A stretch of 64,000 bases of DNA from the human T2T-CHM13v2.0 reference genome, Homo sapiens. Both the position numbers and the translations under genes were made by a program. Below the pieces are notes generated by a model. It ran no database searches, was not told the DNA's origin, and worked only from the letters and a program-made list of their open reading frames with translations. Positions 27,921 to 46,033 of this stretch are shown here, one piece after another (position 1 is the stretch's first letter; each line of letters starts with the position of its first letter). Location: the NCBI RefSeq assembly GCF_009914755.1, contig NC_060928.1; one strand, 5' to 3'.

Positions 27921-28479
27921 TGAAGATTATTTATATTGCCAGTAGTGTATTGGCTGAAATACAATAGATAAAAGTAAAATTCCTCTTTTGAATGGGAGGT
28001 GATTAGCTAGGACTGAAGTTAGTAAAAAAATTTGTGTGTTGTGTTTAGAGGATCAGGTGTGAATATAAGGCAGTAGGAACAATTTAATAAAGTATGCCAC
28101 CAGTATTTTCCCTTGTGTCACAAAAGTATGTAGACATGCTACATCTCTAAACTAAAAACAGGAACAAAAAACAATTTTTCTTTCCTTTCCAGAGAACAGC
28201 TTGTGCCCCACATATAACTGAATCTTAAAATAAATTTTATTAGGATTCCTATTACCACCTCAGCATGCCTGTGACACCCCATTGAGAATCTCAGGAGCAA
28301 GTCCTACATATCCGTGGTAGCAACATGTTATTTTCTAATGTTCATGATTAGTTTGTTTTTGAAAGAGTAAAATCTGATATTCTAAAATTGCATGTGTAGT
28401 AACCATGAATAAATAATTTTGAACCATTAGACTGATTCTAAGAGTCATGTATAAGAGACCCAGCTTCTTTTAGCCACCC

Positions 28480-28580
28480 TGGAGGCAGGAACCACTTTGT
28501 CTTGTTCACACACAGACCTCAAGTGCATAACAGGTGCCTGGCACATAGTGTTCAATAAATATATAGAGTTGCTAAGAGAA
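28480..28580 (+). mobile_element. L2 3' tail fragment
   Basis: gaggcaggaacc...gtcttgttcac...aacaggtgcctggcacatagtgttcaataaatat. Confidence 0.7.
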
Positions 28581-29374
28581 TGAAAAATCTATGGTCGTAC
28601 TTCACATATTATAGTACCCAGAAGATCATTCCCTAGTAGAGTGGCAAGGATATTGAATTTGGAATTGAATAGCTAAGTATGAATACAAAAGAGTTAGGGT
28701 ATCTTGGAGACAGTTTTCTGTACATTGGGTTGTTTTATAGATTAAGATAATAATAGAAACAACTTGGGAAACTGTACAATTATGATACATATTCTTAAAA
28801 GTTATTACTTCACTTGAGCACCATATTACCTAGTTTTTTTTTTTTACTTCGTTTGTAGTTTTACTCCTTTGGATGCAAACTGAGAAAGCCACTTAACATT
28901 ATTTTTACATGATAACACTAATATTCCACCTAAGCTAGCGGTCCTTAAAAAGCTTAGAACACTTTTAACTGCAGGAAGACAACTGTGTATTCTTAACATG
29001 TACCTCATTTGATAAAAAAGAAAAAACATGTTAAAACATAGATGAAGAAAATATCTATTGATGCTTTTAATAAATTCTGCTAGTCTAGTGCCTAGAACAA
29101 GGAAGCTAAAGGTAAAAATATGCACTAGAAATTTTGAAATCGGGGACTTTGATTTCATTCTCTATTTAACATATTTGGTGGGCAAGATGGTCATTTAAAT
29201 ATGCTGTATCAATTGTAGATTTAGTAAACATTTCTTTGTTCATTCAGCTAAAATTCATTGAGTTCTTTTGAAATATGTTGATGTATTAATTTGGCTTGTC
29301 TTTGTAGGTCCAGTTGATAGGCAGTCACAATAGAGTGCCTTAGAAAGACAAGAGCTGCCTGATTACTAGTCTAG

Positions 29375-29625
29375 GGCAGTGATATTATGGTTAGAAGGTT
29401 ATAGTTTGGCACAAATAGCCTAGATCAGATTTGCAGCCCAGTTACTTGTTAGTAACTTAATTGTGTGCAACTTATTTAACATAAGCCTTGATTTTTTATC
29501 TGTAAAGTAGGCATACTATTGTCTATGCCATACAGCTGTTATGAAGATTAAATGAAATTATGATTGAAGGGCATTTGTTATAGTATCTATCATACAAAGC
29601 ATGCTCAGTAACTGGCAGCTCTTGT
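29375..29625 (+). mobile_element. MIR
   Basis: gttacttgttag...gcaacttatttaac...atctgtaaagtagg...gttatgaagattaaatga. Confidence 0.65.
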
Positions 29626-30350
29626 TATTTATGAACTCTGAACTTTACTAATGGTAATTATCTATGAAAATATATCAGATAGGTACACTCTGTCTTATAT
29701 GCCATACTTCAGTGATGATAGGTTTAGACTTCATGGTGTTTTTTATTTTCGCCTGCTTTAAAACATATGATTCTTTAATTATATTAGAACATTTAAAGTC
29801 TGAATATTGGAAAATAACTTTGTACTGTGTGTATACAAATTTGGCCATGTAAATATAAAACTTACTGAATTATCAAATATCTGATCTCATTTTTGTGGTA
29901 TTAATTGATCCAAGTAATTTACCACCTGTCAATCCCTGTGGATAGCTGGAAGGCCCAAGTTGATAGATTGTTTAAAGAAAGCACACTTTGTTTCCCAAAA
30001 ATTGAAAAAAACATGCTAGCTTTATGAGCTGACTAGCTAAACCAAGAAGAAATTAAAAAGAAAAACACTTAAATAGCATAAGAGGAAGTAATGAGTATAG
30101 TCTTACTGTAGTCCTTGTAACTCCTCTGAAGAAAATACAAAAATATTTTCTTTGAAGTGTACTAAGTTCTGTGAGTTTCAGAAATATAGAAAATGTTCTC
30201 ATGTAAGATATAAAAAAGGTTGCAAATGAAGGAATTAGTTTGCATTGCCTGTATAATCACCTTAAAGTAATAAATTAATGAATTATCTCAAATCAAGAAT
30301 TTATGGACATTCCTGTCATATTTCAATAAAAGGGAAGCTTAAAAATTAAT

Positions 30351-30980
30351 GTATCCAAAGGAACTGAAAGCTTGTATTCACACAGAAACCTGTACATGGA
30401 TAGTTATAGCAGCCTTTTTCATAATTGCCAAAACTTGGAAGGAACCAAGATGTTCCTTAGTAGGTGAATGGTTAAATTAAGTGTGACCCATCCAGACAAT
30501 GGAATGATTCAGTGTTAAAAAACGAATAATCAAGCCATGTAAAGACGTGGTGGGTGGAGTAAACTTAAATGCATATTACTAAGTGAAAAAAGCTAATCTG
30601 GAAAGGCTACATACTGTATGATTTCAACTATATGACAGTCCAGAAAAAGGGAAAACTATGGAGACAGTAAAATGATCAGTGGTTTCCAGGGATATCCAGG
30701 GAGGAAGGGCTGAATGGGTGAGTACAGAGTATTTTTAGGGCAGTGAAACTACTCTGTATGATACTATAATGGTGGATACATGTCATTATAAATTTGTCCA
30801 AACCCATAGGATACGCAAGACCAAGCATGAACTCTAATGAAATTTCAGACTCTGGGTGATAATGATGTGTAAATGTAGGCTGTGCATGTGTAGGAGCAGG
30901 GGGTATATGGGAAATCTCTATAACTTCTGTTCAATTTTTTAGTGAACCTAAAACTGCTCTAAAAAATAAAATCTGTTAAA
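30351..30980 (+). mobile_element. L1MC-type LINE-1 3' end
   Basis: cacacagaaacctgtacatgg...aaaggctacatactgtatgattt...ggggtatatgggaaatctc...gtgaacctaaaactgctctaaaaaataaa; flanked by aaaaattaat direct repeats. Confidence 0.85.
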
Positions 30981-31204
30981 AATTAATTATCATGTCAACA
31001 AAGAGATAATTCTCTCTTCCCAGAAACTACGTTTGGCATTTTAGTCTAAGGCAATGAGGATGTGGGCTGGCAGCAATATTTATTTCAACACAGTGGATAA
31101 GAGCAAACTGTTGGAAACAATCAAAATGTCCAGCAATATGGGCAGTGTTTCAGTAAGTTATATCCATGTGAAAGTATTCGAAGTAATTTTCTAGAGTTCT
31201 GTTT

Positions 31205-31900
31205 TGTGGCAGATTCCATCAGTTGAATTCCCAATATCTTTTCCTTTGTTCTCGTATGCTAACAAAACCCAGATATTGTTCAGGGTAGCAGTGTCCACTG
31301 CTCCAGGCACAAAATGGTAACAATCCTATTTCCACTTTCCTAGCTTTTTTTTTTTTTTTTTGCAACTAGGTGTGGTGGTGTGTTCCAGTTCTGGTCAATG
31401 AAATGTAAGGGAAGTCTAATGGATGCTTTTGAGAAAGCTTTTTTCTCTCCTAATAAAGGGGGCAAATGTGAATGCCAGCAATCCTCCACTGCAGACCTTA
31501 TGTTAAGTGAGAAAAAATTAGCTATTTGTTAAGCAAGAGTTGGTTGGGTTTTCTGTTACTTAGAGTCTGTGATGTACTGTCCAGATCCTTTTCGAGACTT
31601 CCAGATAGTGGGATACTGATTGACAGCCTTTATCCTTCACTTATCTCCAGGAGTTGCACTCAGTTGAAGTCAGCTGCCTTGCCCAGTGTCATACCCGCTT
31701 CCCAGGGGCCAGCCCACATCAAAATACACAAGAGTATAAGGGCCCAGCCTTGTTTCTTTAATTTGGGCAAACTCTCCCAGGCTCTCTCAGCTCCAGAGCT
31801 GGAGTCTTTCTGGATACTGCACCTTTCTGCCTAATCCTTCTTTATTCCCTTTCCCCATAGATACTGATTTCAAGAGCATTTCCTAATAATTTTCCTGCTC
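31205..31900 (+). mobile_element. Ancient ERVL LTR fragments (LTR33-like ~31205-31565, LTR16-like ~31570-31900)
   Basis: gcaactaggtgtgg...cagttctggtcaatgaaatgtaagggaagtc; cagctgccttgcccagtgtcatacccgcttcccagggg...ctctcagctccagagct; family assignment tentative. Confidence 0.55.
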
Positions 31901-31902
31901 AG

Positions 31903-31904
<2 letters not shown>

Positions 31905-31953
<49 letters not shown>
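31905..31953. repeat. (CA)n microsatellite
   Basis: ~24 CA units. Confidence 0.97.
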
Positions 31954-31956
<3 letters not shown>

Positions 31957-32075
31957 TTAGCTCATTGTCTTATACATTCTATTGCTCAAGCAATAGTATA
32001 TGAAGCATTAGAGTTTTTGAAATAACTGTAACATTTTACAGAAATGACAGTGAAATATGAGCTAATATAACTATT

Positions 32076-33700
32076 AGTGATAGGAAAAGCAAGTGTTTTT
32101 GCTACTCTCCCGAACAGATGGAAACCAGATGCATCTGTGGGTTTTTTCCATACATCAAGCCATCAGTTTTCCTTTGGACACCAGCTGGGTGTCCTAAAAT
32201 GCAACTGTGACACTATGTACCTTGAGATAGTGTCAGATCCTACAGGTTAAGGTCTCAGTTCCACTAGACTACCCCTATATCAGATGCCACTTGCCAGCCC
32301 CAGGTTGAGATCTGTGCTTCTGACCAGTTGATTATAAATTAGGGTTCCCACGACCCCCTCCTTGGGCTTCATTAATTTGCCAGATCAGCTCACATAACTC
32401 AGAACACTATGCTTACTTTTACCCATTTATTATAAAGGATATTATAAAGGATACAGATGACTAGCCAGATTAAAGAGATGGATAGGTTAAGGTATGGTAG
32501 AAGGGGTGCCACAGTCCAGGCAGCTCCACAATTTGAGCAACCTGGAAACTCTCAGAAATCCATCTTTTTTGGAACCCTCATATACTGTTGGTGGGAATAT
32601 AAGTTAGTACAACCACTATGGAGAACAGTTTGGAGGTTCCTCAAAAAATTAAAGACTGGACCTACCATATGATTCAGCAATCTCATTACTGGGTATATAC
32701 CCCAAAGAAAGGATAGCAGTATATCCAAGAGATAACTGCACTCTCATGTTTGTTGCAGCACTCTTAACAACAGACAAGATTTGGAAACAACCTAACTGTC
32801 CATCAACAGATGAATGGATAAAGGAAATGTGGTACATATACACTGTGGAGTACTATTCTGCCATAAAAAGAATGAGATCCTGTCATTTGCAACAACATGG
32901 ATGGAACCGGAGGTCATTATGTTAGGTGAAATAAGCCAGACACAGAAAGACAAACATCACATGTTCTCACTTATTTGTGGGAACTAAAAATCAAAACAAT
33001 TGAATACAGGGAGATAGAGAGTAGAAGGATGGGTACCAGAGGCTGGGAAGGGTAGTGGGAGGTGGGTGGAGGTGGGGACAGTTAATGGTTACAAAAAAAA
33101 AAATAGAATGACTAAGCCATACTATTGACTATAGGCACAACAGGGTGCTCACAGTCAGTAATTATACATTTGAAAATAACTGTTTAAGAGTAAATTAGAT
33201 TGTTAGTATCACAAAGAATAAATGCTTGAAGGGATGGATACCCCATTCTTCATGTTGTACTTATTTCACATTGCATACCTGTATCAAAACATCTCATGTA
33301 CCCCATAAACATATACACCTATTATGTACCAACAAAAATTTAAAAGTTAAAAATTAAAATATAGAAATCTGCCCTTTTAGGTTTATTTGGAGTCTTCATT
33401 ACCTAGGCATGATTGATTAAATCATTGGCCATTGGTGATCAACTCAACCTTTGTTCCTTCTTCCTTCCCCTGAAGTTGTGTGGGTGGGTGGGAAATGAAA
33501 GTTCCTTTCTTTTTCTAATCATATGGCTGGTTCCCCTGGCAAATACTCCCCCATCCTGAGGCTATCCAGGCTATGCTGATTAGTCATCTAATCAGCATGA
33601 AAAAGATACCACTGCTTGTAGATCCCAAGGGTTTTAGAAACTATTTGCCAGGAACCAGAGGCAGACACCAAATATACATTTCTTATATCACAATATCACA
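32076..33700 (-). mobile_element. MER21/MER77-family ERVL LTR, interrupted by an L1MA
   Basis: Ends atatcacaatatcaca (reverse complement tgtgatattgtgatat, typical family start); ggacaccagctgggtgtcct, gtgtcagatcctacaggttaagg; TSD ctatt/gtatt. Confidence 0.8.
32571..33362 (+). mobile_element. L1MA-type LINE-1 3' end nested in the LTR
   Basis: [30 protein letters not shown]2 C-terminus, L1MA 3'UTR, A-rich tail, TSD agaaatccatctttt / agaaatctgccctttt. Confidence 0.92.
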
Positions 33701-35329
33701 GTATTTGGTGCTGTGCTAGGTTTGGTGCTATGTAAGAACAGGAATAGAAACAGATTTTTTTTAAACTTTCTGTATCATGGTGAAATACTTTTTGACCCTT
33801 GATGTTGCAAATCAAGACTTGAACATGAAATTTTAGGTGAACTTCATCTTGGTGAATTTCAACTCTGGAAGGATTCAGCTTTTGCAGAAAACTTCAATTC
33901 ACTTTTGTCTATAGTCAGCAATAAAATGGATGCTTCCTGACCTTTAAATTTCAAAAGAACTATTTCAAATCAATTTTGTAAGAGACCTTTCGATGATAAT
34001 GTGCAAACCCATCCGTCCAAAAAGAGCACCTTCTTTGAAAAAAGTGATGAAGAATCAATAAAAATTGTTTTCAGAAATCTCTATAAAGCTTTGCATGAAT
34101 AGGATAGTTATGCTAATATAAATGTTTTGAAACTTTTTAGATTATTCAAATCTTTACATTTATTGTGACTGTCTTTGAGCTAAGTATCAGTTTTGGCTAC
34201 AACTTTAAAACAATTTTTTTTCAACAGACTCATCTTTCACTTATGAAAAAACAAATTGTCAATCTTTTCACTAATCTCCTTACCTGTCTGCTATACATTT
34301 TCAAGCGTCTGATACACAGAGACTCGAAGATTATCCCAATCTTTTGTAACAAGAAACCAACCCATTGCTGTACCCAGCTGGTCAGCAGTCTTTAGGTTTG
34401 CAAATAGTGATTTTGAAACAGATTTGTAATTTGGAATCTTCTTCTGAGATTTCTATACTTTAAATACTTTTAAAAAGGGCATTGTAACAGAATACTCAAT
34501 TAAAATATTATAGGCCAAGCCCATAAATATTTTAACATTTTATTAATATTAGAATAGCAGAATTGATCTACAGGCTATAATGGGCCTCTACTTGTTATTT
34601 ACTTTTTCTCTAAATGAAGAACATGTACAAATTCTGGTAATATTTGCTGAAAATCCTATTTAATCATTTCATTACCCCTTTTGTTTTTCCATCAAATACT
34701 ATCTAACATCTAATCAAAGTCAATATAATTGCTATTATGGTAATGATTTGTTAACATGAAACAATTTTTCCAACTCTGTAATAAAACAAATTATTGTATA
34801 ATTAAAAATGTACATAAACCCAACTGTACATAACTTACTCTTCCAGTTCTCTCCTTTGCCTCTCTTCTCAAGGAAAGTAAAATTGACTGAAGAAAAAAAA
34901 TATGTATGGAGAGAGACTTTAGCTAATCAGTGCTTAATTAATCTGGTATAATCCTTCTTCAGAACCATGGGATCATCAAGTCCTGGCACTTATAAAATTA
35001 GTGGGTTTGGGTTACAATAGATTTTGTGTTTTTTTCACACTCATGTATGGTAATTTTAATAGTTACTATGTTTTGAAGCATGTCGATGTGCCCATCTCCT
35101 TACATATAATATTGCTAATGCTCACAAACTTGATATTTGCTTCTCACAGAAAAGCAATCCTAGATTCGCTAAAGAAGTTTGCCCAATATTGCATAGCAAT
35201 TAAGTGGAAGAGTTAAGGTTCCAATTTATGGTGTTTACTCCAATGCAATATTTTTCCCATTACATTATTAACATTTCCTCGATCCCCTACCCTGGAGGCA
35301 CCCTCCACTCCCTGACATGCGTGCACGCA

Positions 35330-35330
<1 letters not shown>

Positions 35331-35368
<38 letters not shown>
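35331..35368. repeat. (CA)n microsatellite
   Basis: ~18 CA units followed by a T-run. Confidence 0.97.
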
Positions 35369-35370
<2 letters not shown>

Positions 35371-36689
35371 TTTTTTCTGACTGCTGTTAGCCTAATTAGG
35401 CTGTTAGCCTAATTAGTAGCACCCAGTTCCCTAAAACCTGAAGTCATGATGGCATATTGTGTTATCTCCTTCCCAGAGTACATGTCTCTGGACCATCCCA
35501 CACCTGAAATATTTTCTCAAAGTAAGCAGAATCTTCCTGCCTCATATTTAATTCTTTCTGAGACTGCCCTCTAAATTCTACTGAGGATTATGTAATTAAT
35601 AATGGCTTACTACATTATTTTTCCTAGAGAGCAAAATTAATATTTTAACCCAGAATAATTAATGGGCACACAAATATCTTGATACCTGCAAGAGATATTT
35701 TTCCTTATTTAGAGGATTTTTTCAGCTAAAAAAAAATTTCTAAAAAACTTTTTAGAAAATCATACAAAAAAACCCAGCAAAGCCCTCTTTGCTTATGAAC
35801 AATGGCCATTCTAGAGCTTTCAGCACTTAACTGCTATGAAGTTATGGTAATTCCTTAGGAAACAGATAAGATTACGGCTGTTAGGATTTTCAGTAGCCTA
35901 AAAAATAGATGAGTGTATTAATAAACATAATTTGACTTGGCAAGGGTTTTTGTTTAACATATTACCAAGAGACCTTATAAAGATTACCTACTAGTTTACT
36001 ATATACATAATAATATACATAATATATATATTATGTGCATAATAGATTGCCTACTAATCTACCTTAGCATCCTTAAAAACAGTCAACTTTTGTTTTTTAT
36101 AGATTGTCAGTACTTATATAGCTCCTATGTACTATGTATAATGATGCTTTTTATAAATGTAGAGATGAATAGGAAATACTTCCTGTCTTCAAGACTTTCA
36201 GTATGTGGGTGAAATCAGCAGCATTTTTTATTTAACATTTATGGTATCATATATGCAGATATCCCAAAGAGACACTCCAGAAAGCTTTCAAAATAGAGTC
36301 CATAATGTCTTCCAAACCTTGTCCAGGAATATGAGAAGAAGAGTAGACAAAAATCCCTCAATAAGCCAATTCTTAGAGTGCATGCTTCACATGCAAATAG
36401 AATTGCAGAAACAGCTTTGGCTGTTCCTTACCATTCCTAGGGCAAATATACACATTAAACTCTCATTTCAGAACCAGCTTACAATTAAAATAAATAATTC
36501 AATTTTTACTTGGTGCAATAAGTCAGCGTATTTATTTTGCATGAATATTACGTAAACTTTTTTGGGTTCTATATATCTTGTAGACACTTGCTCTTAAAGA
36601 ACATGCTGTAGTGATAGGAAAAGAAGGTAGCAAAGATATTATAAAATTAGCACAAGATGTTATATAATTGAGTAAAATGCATAATGTAG

Positions 36690-36987
36690 GCCAAGACCAT
36701 TCTGTAAAAATATGTGAGTCACATGTGTGATTTTGTTATCTCATAGCCATAGTTTTAAAAAGTTGAACAGGTGAAATTAATTTTATTAATAAATGTATTA
36801 AATTTAATATATCTAAAATATTATAATTTAACATAATATAAAATTATTGAGACATTTATAATTTTTATACTAAATCTTTGAAATCCTGTGTGTATTTACA
36901 CTTACGGAACATCTTAATTTGGACAAGATGCATTTAAAAGCACCAATAGCCATGTGTGGCTATAGGCTACTGTATTGAACAGTTCAG
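36690..36987. mobile_element. MER33-like hAT-Charlie MITE
   Basis: aacaggtgaaattaattttattaataa...tactaaatctttgaaatcctgtgtgtatttacacttac...atagccatgtgtggctataggctactgtattgaacag. Confidence 0.8.
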
Positions 36988-37477
36988 GATAAGGTTAGAA
37001 TTACAGATGTTCAGAGAAAGAGAAGAGGTGTATAGTATATGCAACACTTGTTCTGGGTCATGAAAGTTGTGTAGAATTTGTGTAGATGGAGGGCAGGAGT
37101 TTATAATAGTAAGGAGGAATGCCAGATTTGAAACACTGTTTACTGAAGATTATCATAGTAGTTCCAGCTGTTGAACAGGTTACCAGTTTATCATATACTT
37201 CAGGTTACTATTAAGGAAAGTTGATACATAATTTAAGGAGTGTATAGTACCCAATTAGTTATTCTTAATATTTTTTCCCAAGGACATTGGACAAAACCAT
37301 AAGGTTACACAGTATTTCCAAAGAGGTATTAATTAAGTATAATAGTAATCTTTCAAGATATTATGAAAGTCTAATTCTTTGGTTTAAATGTTTCAAAAAC
37401 TAACTCTTTTTGGTGATTCATAATGAACCCTGACATACTACATTTTCTTGGATTCTTGGATGTACTGTAAGTAAAAC

Positions 37478-37776
37478 TTTTTTTTTTTTTTGAGACTGAG
37501 TGTCGCTCTGTCACCCAAGCTGCTGGAGTGCAGTGGCGCTATCTTGGCTCACTGCAACCTCTGCCTCCCAGGTTCAAGCGATTCTTGTGCCTCAGCCTCC
37601 TGAATAGCTGGGATTACAGGCACCCGTCACCATGCCTGGCTAACTTTGGTATTTTTAGTAGAGATAGGGTTTTGCCGTGTTGTCCAGGCTAGTCTCGAAC
37701 TCCTGACCTCAGGTGATTCACCTGCCTTGGCCTCCCAGAGTGCTGGAATTATAGGCATGAGCCACTGTGACCCGCC
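37478..37776 (-). mobile_element. AluS-like SINE
   Basis: Full dimer with polyT; TSD gtaagtaaaactttt / gtaaataaactttt. Confidence 0.96.
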
Positions 37777-38470
37777 GTAAATAAACTTTTTAAATTCTGT
37801 TTATTACAATCTTCCCAAACTGGCTGGACTAAGGGTCTCATTTTCACAGCACTGCTGTTAATGTTGATGGATCTGGTATCCTATAGAATATAGGCTTGAG
37901 AGCACTGCTCTAATGCATTTTGTATTTTCAGAAGTCTGTGTAAGATATATTTGAAGAGTGTTTTATCACTGCTTCCACAATTTAGGAATGCTTTCTAATT
38001 CTGTCTTTCTGATTACATGGCAAGTCCGTCACATTTAGGTGATGAGATTTATTCATTTATTCACTGAAATTACTACCTTTCTTCTCATTTATAGAAATGC
38101 ATTTTTCGTGAACCACAGCTGCTTATGTGATTTCTAATGGCTCATATAAATTGATAAATAGTAGACACAGTACTTTGTTTGTAACTCATTAAATATTATT
38201 TTGTTAAAATGTCCAGGAATATTTGCAATCTGTATTTGATTATCCATGTATTTTTAACTGATTTTCAAAAAATGATAGTAAACTGTAAAATTTTCAGCAG
38301 TTTTAAAAAAGTATAATTACTTAACACTCACAAGGTACATGCCTACACCTTGTCTCAAGAAACAACTATGATTTCTGTACATATTCACAATGTAGACACA
38401 GATACTATCATGATTTGTCACATGAGTCTACTTTTAAATATTTAATCGTTTATGATAAAGTAGTTGATGA

Positions 38471-44252
<5,782 letters not shown>

Positions 44253-45718
44253 ACCGAGTGCCAAACATCTACCTATTTTTTCTTATGTATTGTTTTTGTT
44301 AGGCTTTGTACTGACAATAATTAAAATATTTGCCTGAGATAATTTTCAGGTCTCCTATTTTTACCCTTCCAGAAGATGCTCAGAGGCTTACTTGTTTATA
44401 AGAAATTGGGCCAGTGACCATTTGGACAGTCTTCTATTCCTTATTGCCTCCCTTCACTGTATAAAGAAGCTGTAAAGGGTGACCCGCTGAAATAGATGGC
44501 GGTATGGGTGTGGAAATCAGTAGACACTAAGTGTTCTGGTCATGAGAGCCCAAGTGAGGGGCACCCCTAGTCAAGCCTTGCACAGAGGAGTGGATTTGCC
44601 CTTGGAGCATTCTGTGTACTACTATCATTGGTAGGGATCTGGGCAATGAGTAGTGGAACAGATGGTGGAGGGGCAGAATCTGAGGGCAATCAGTTCTAAG
44701 GTAAAGGTGAAGGAGTAGCAGCCTGACTACCCTAGGCCAGTGGTGTGGTCCCAGTCTTGCTTGGAGTAGAAGTCTGGCCATGCCCCTTTTGATCTGCGTA
44801 TGTCTGCACTACCAGAGGGGCCCATGACCTTTGCCTAAAAAATAATACTAGATTTCTCATGATCTAATCAATGAGACCTTAAGACAGTTCTAATTTTATT
44901 TGAGAACAATGGAATGTATAATAACATGTTTTCTGTGTGTGGCATTGCATTTTGAATTTCAGTTTTCCTTTACTTTGGGCCAATTAAATCTTTAGGACTT
45001 CCTTTCCAAACTAAATTTCTCTGAGTGACCAAGCTCATTGTGTCTGTTTGTCTAGTGTTTTTTTTTTTTTTTAATTTTTCGGTATAGTACTGTTTTAAAA
45101 TGTAAATCAGATTAAGAATTAATCTTTATCAATCATTGTTAAAGGACTGTCCTGTTTAATTTTTCTCCTCTGGGATTAAGTGACAGCATCCCCTTATATG
45201 TTTTGTTTTGGTTTGGTTTGGTTTGTGCAGTACTTTAATCAGGCAGTTTTGTCTGTTATTAAAATTTCTGAAGCCTTTCTCTCTCGGTATCTTGCTGTTT
45301 TTCTATGCCCTAATGTTAGCAAAGTAAACACTTGGACTTCCTGCATAATACTAACTGGAGGAATCTCTTTTTCCCTTCCATGCTCTGTTTGCACTCTTTC
45401 AATGGCCCAAGAAACAGCTATGTAGGTAAAAGGTCTTTTGTTAAAAAGAAGGAAATTGAGCAGTCATTTCCCTTTTCCTTCTTTGACCTGTATCAGCAGG
45501 CAAGTGGTTGTTGCTATGATCTTTTCAGTTTACACTGTTTAAAAGAATCAATGATTGTTTCCCAGAACTTTGAAAAATCTACACAAAAATAATTTAAAAT
45601 GAACTATACATATATATGTTTTGTCTTAAAGTTGAATTATGAAGTTTAAGCAGTTGTCTTCATTTGAATTGATGATAGCTATTTGTTGTATGAGTTTCAG
45701 GTATTCTGCTATCATTTC

Positions 45719-45719
<1 letters not shown>

Positions 45720-45751
<32 letters not shown>

Positions 45752-46033
45752 GGACAGGATTTCACTCTGTTGCCCAGGCTGAAGTGAAGTGGTGAAATCA
45801 CAACTGAGTACAGCCTCAACCTCTGGGGCTCAAGCGATCCTCCTGCCTCAGCCTCTTGAGTAGCTGAGACTACAGGCATGTGCCACCATACCTGGTTAAT
45901 TTTTTAAATTATTTGTAGAGACAGAGTCTCCCTATACTTCCCAGGCTGCTCTAGAACTCCTGAGCTCAAGCAATCCTCTGGCCTCAGCCTCCCAAAGTGC
46001 TGGGATTATGGGCATGAACTACCGTGCCTGGCC
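45720..46033 (-). mobile_element. AluJ-like SINE
   Basis: Full dimer; perfect 15-bp TSD tctgctatcatttct (45705-45719, 46039-46053). Confidence 0.96.

Noticed and set aside
37915-37946. Possible 8-nt microexon ttttcag|aagtctgt|gtaaga
   Set aside because: Weak exonic donor context (tgt) and non-triplet length; such motifs are common by chance
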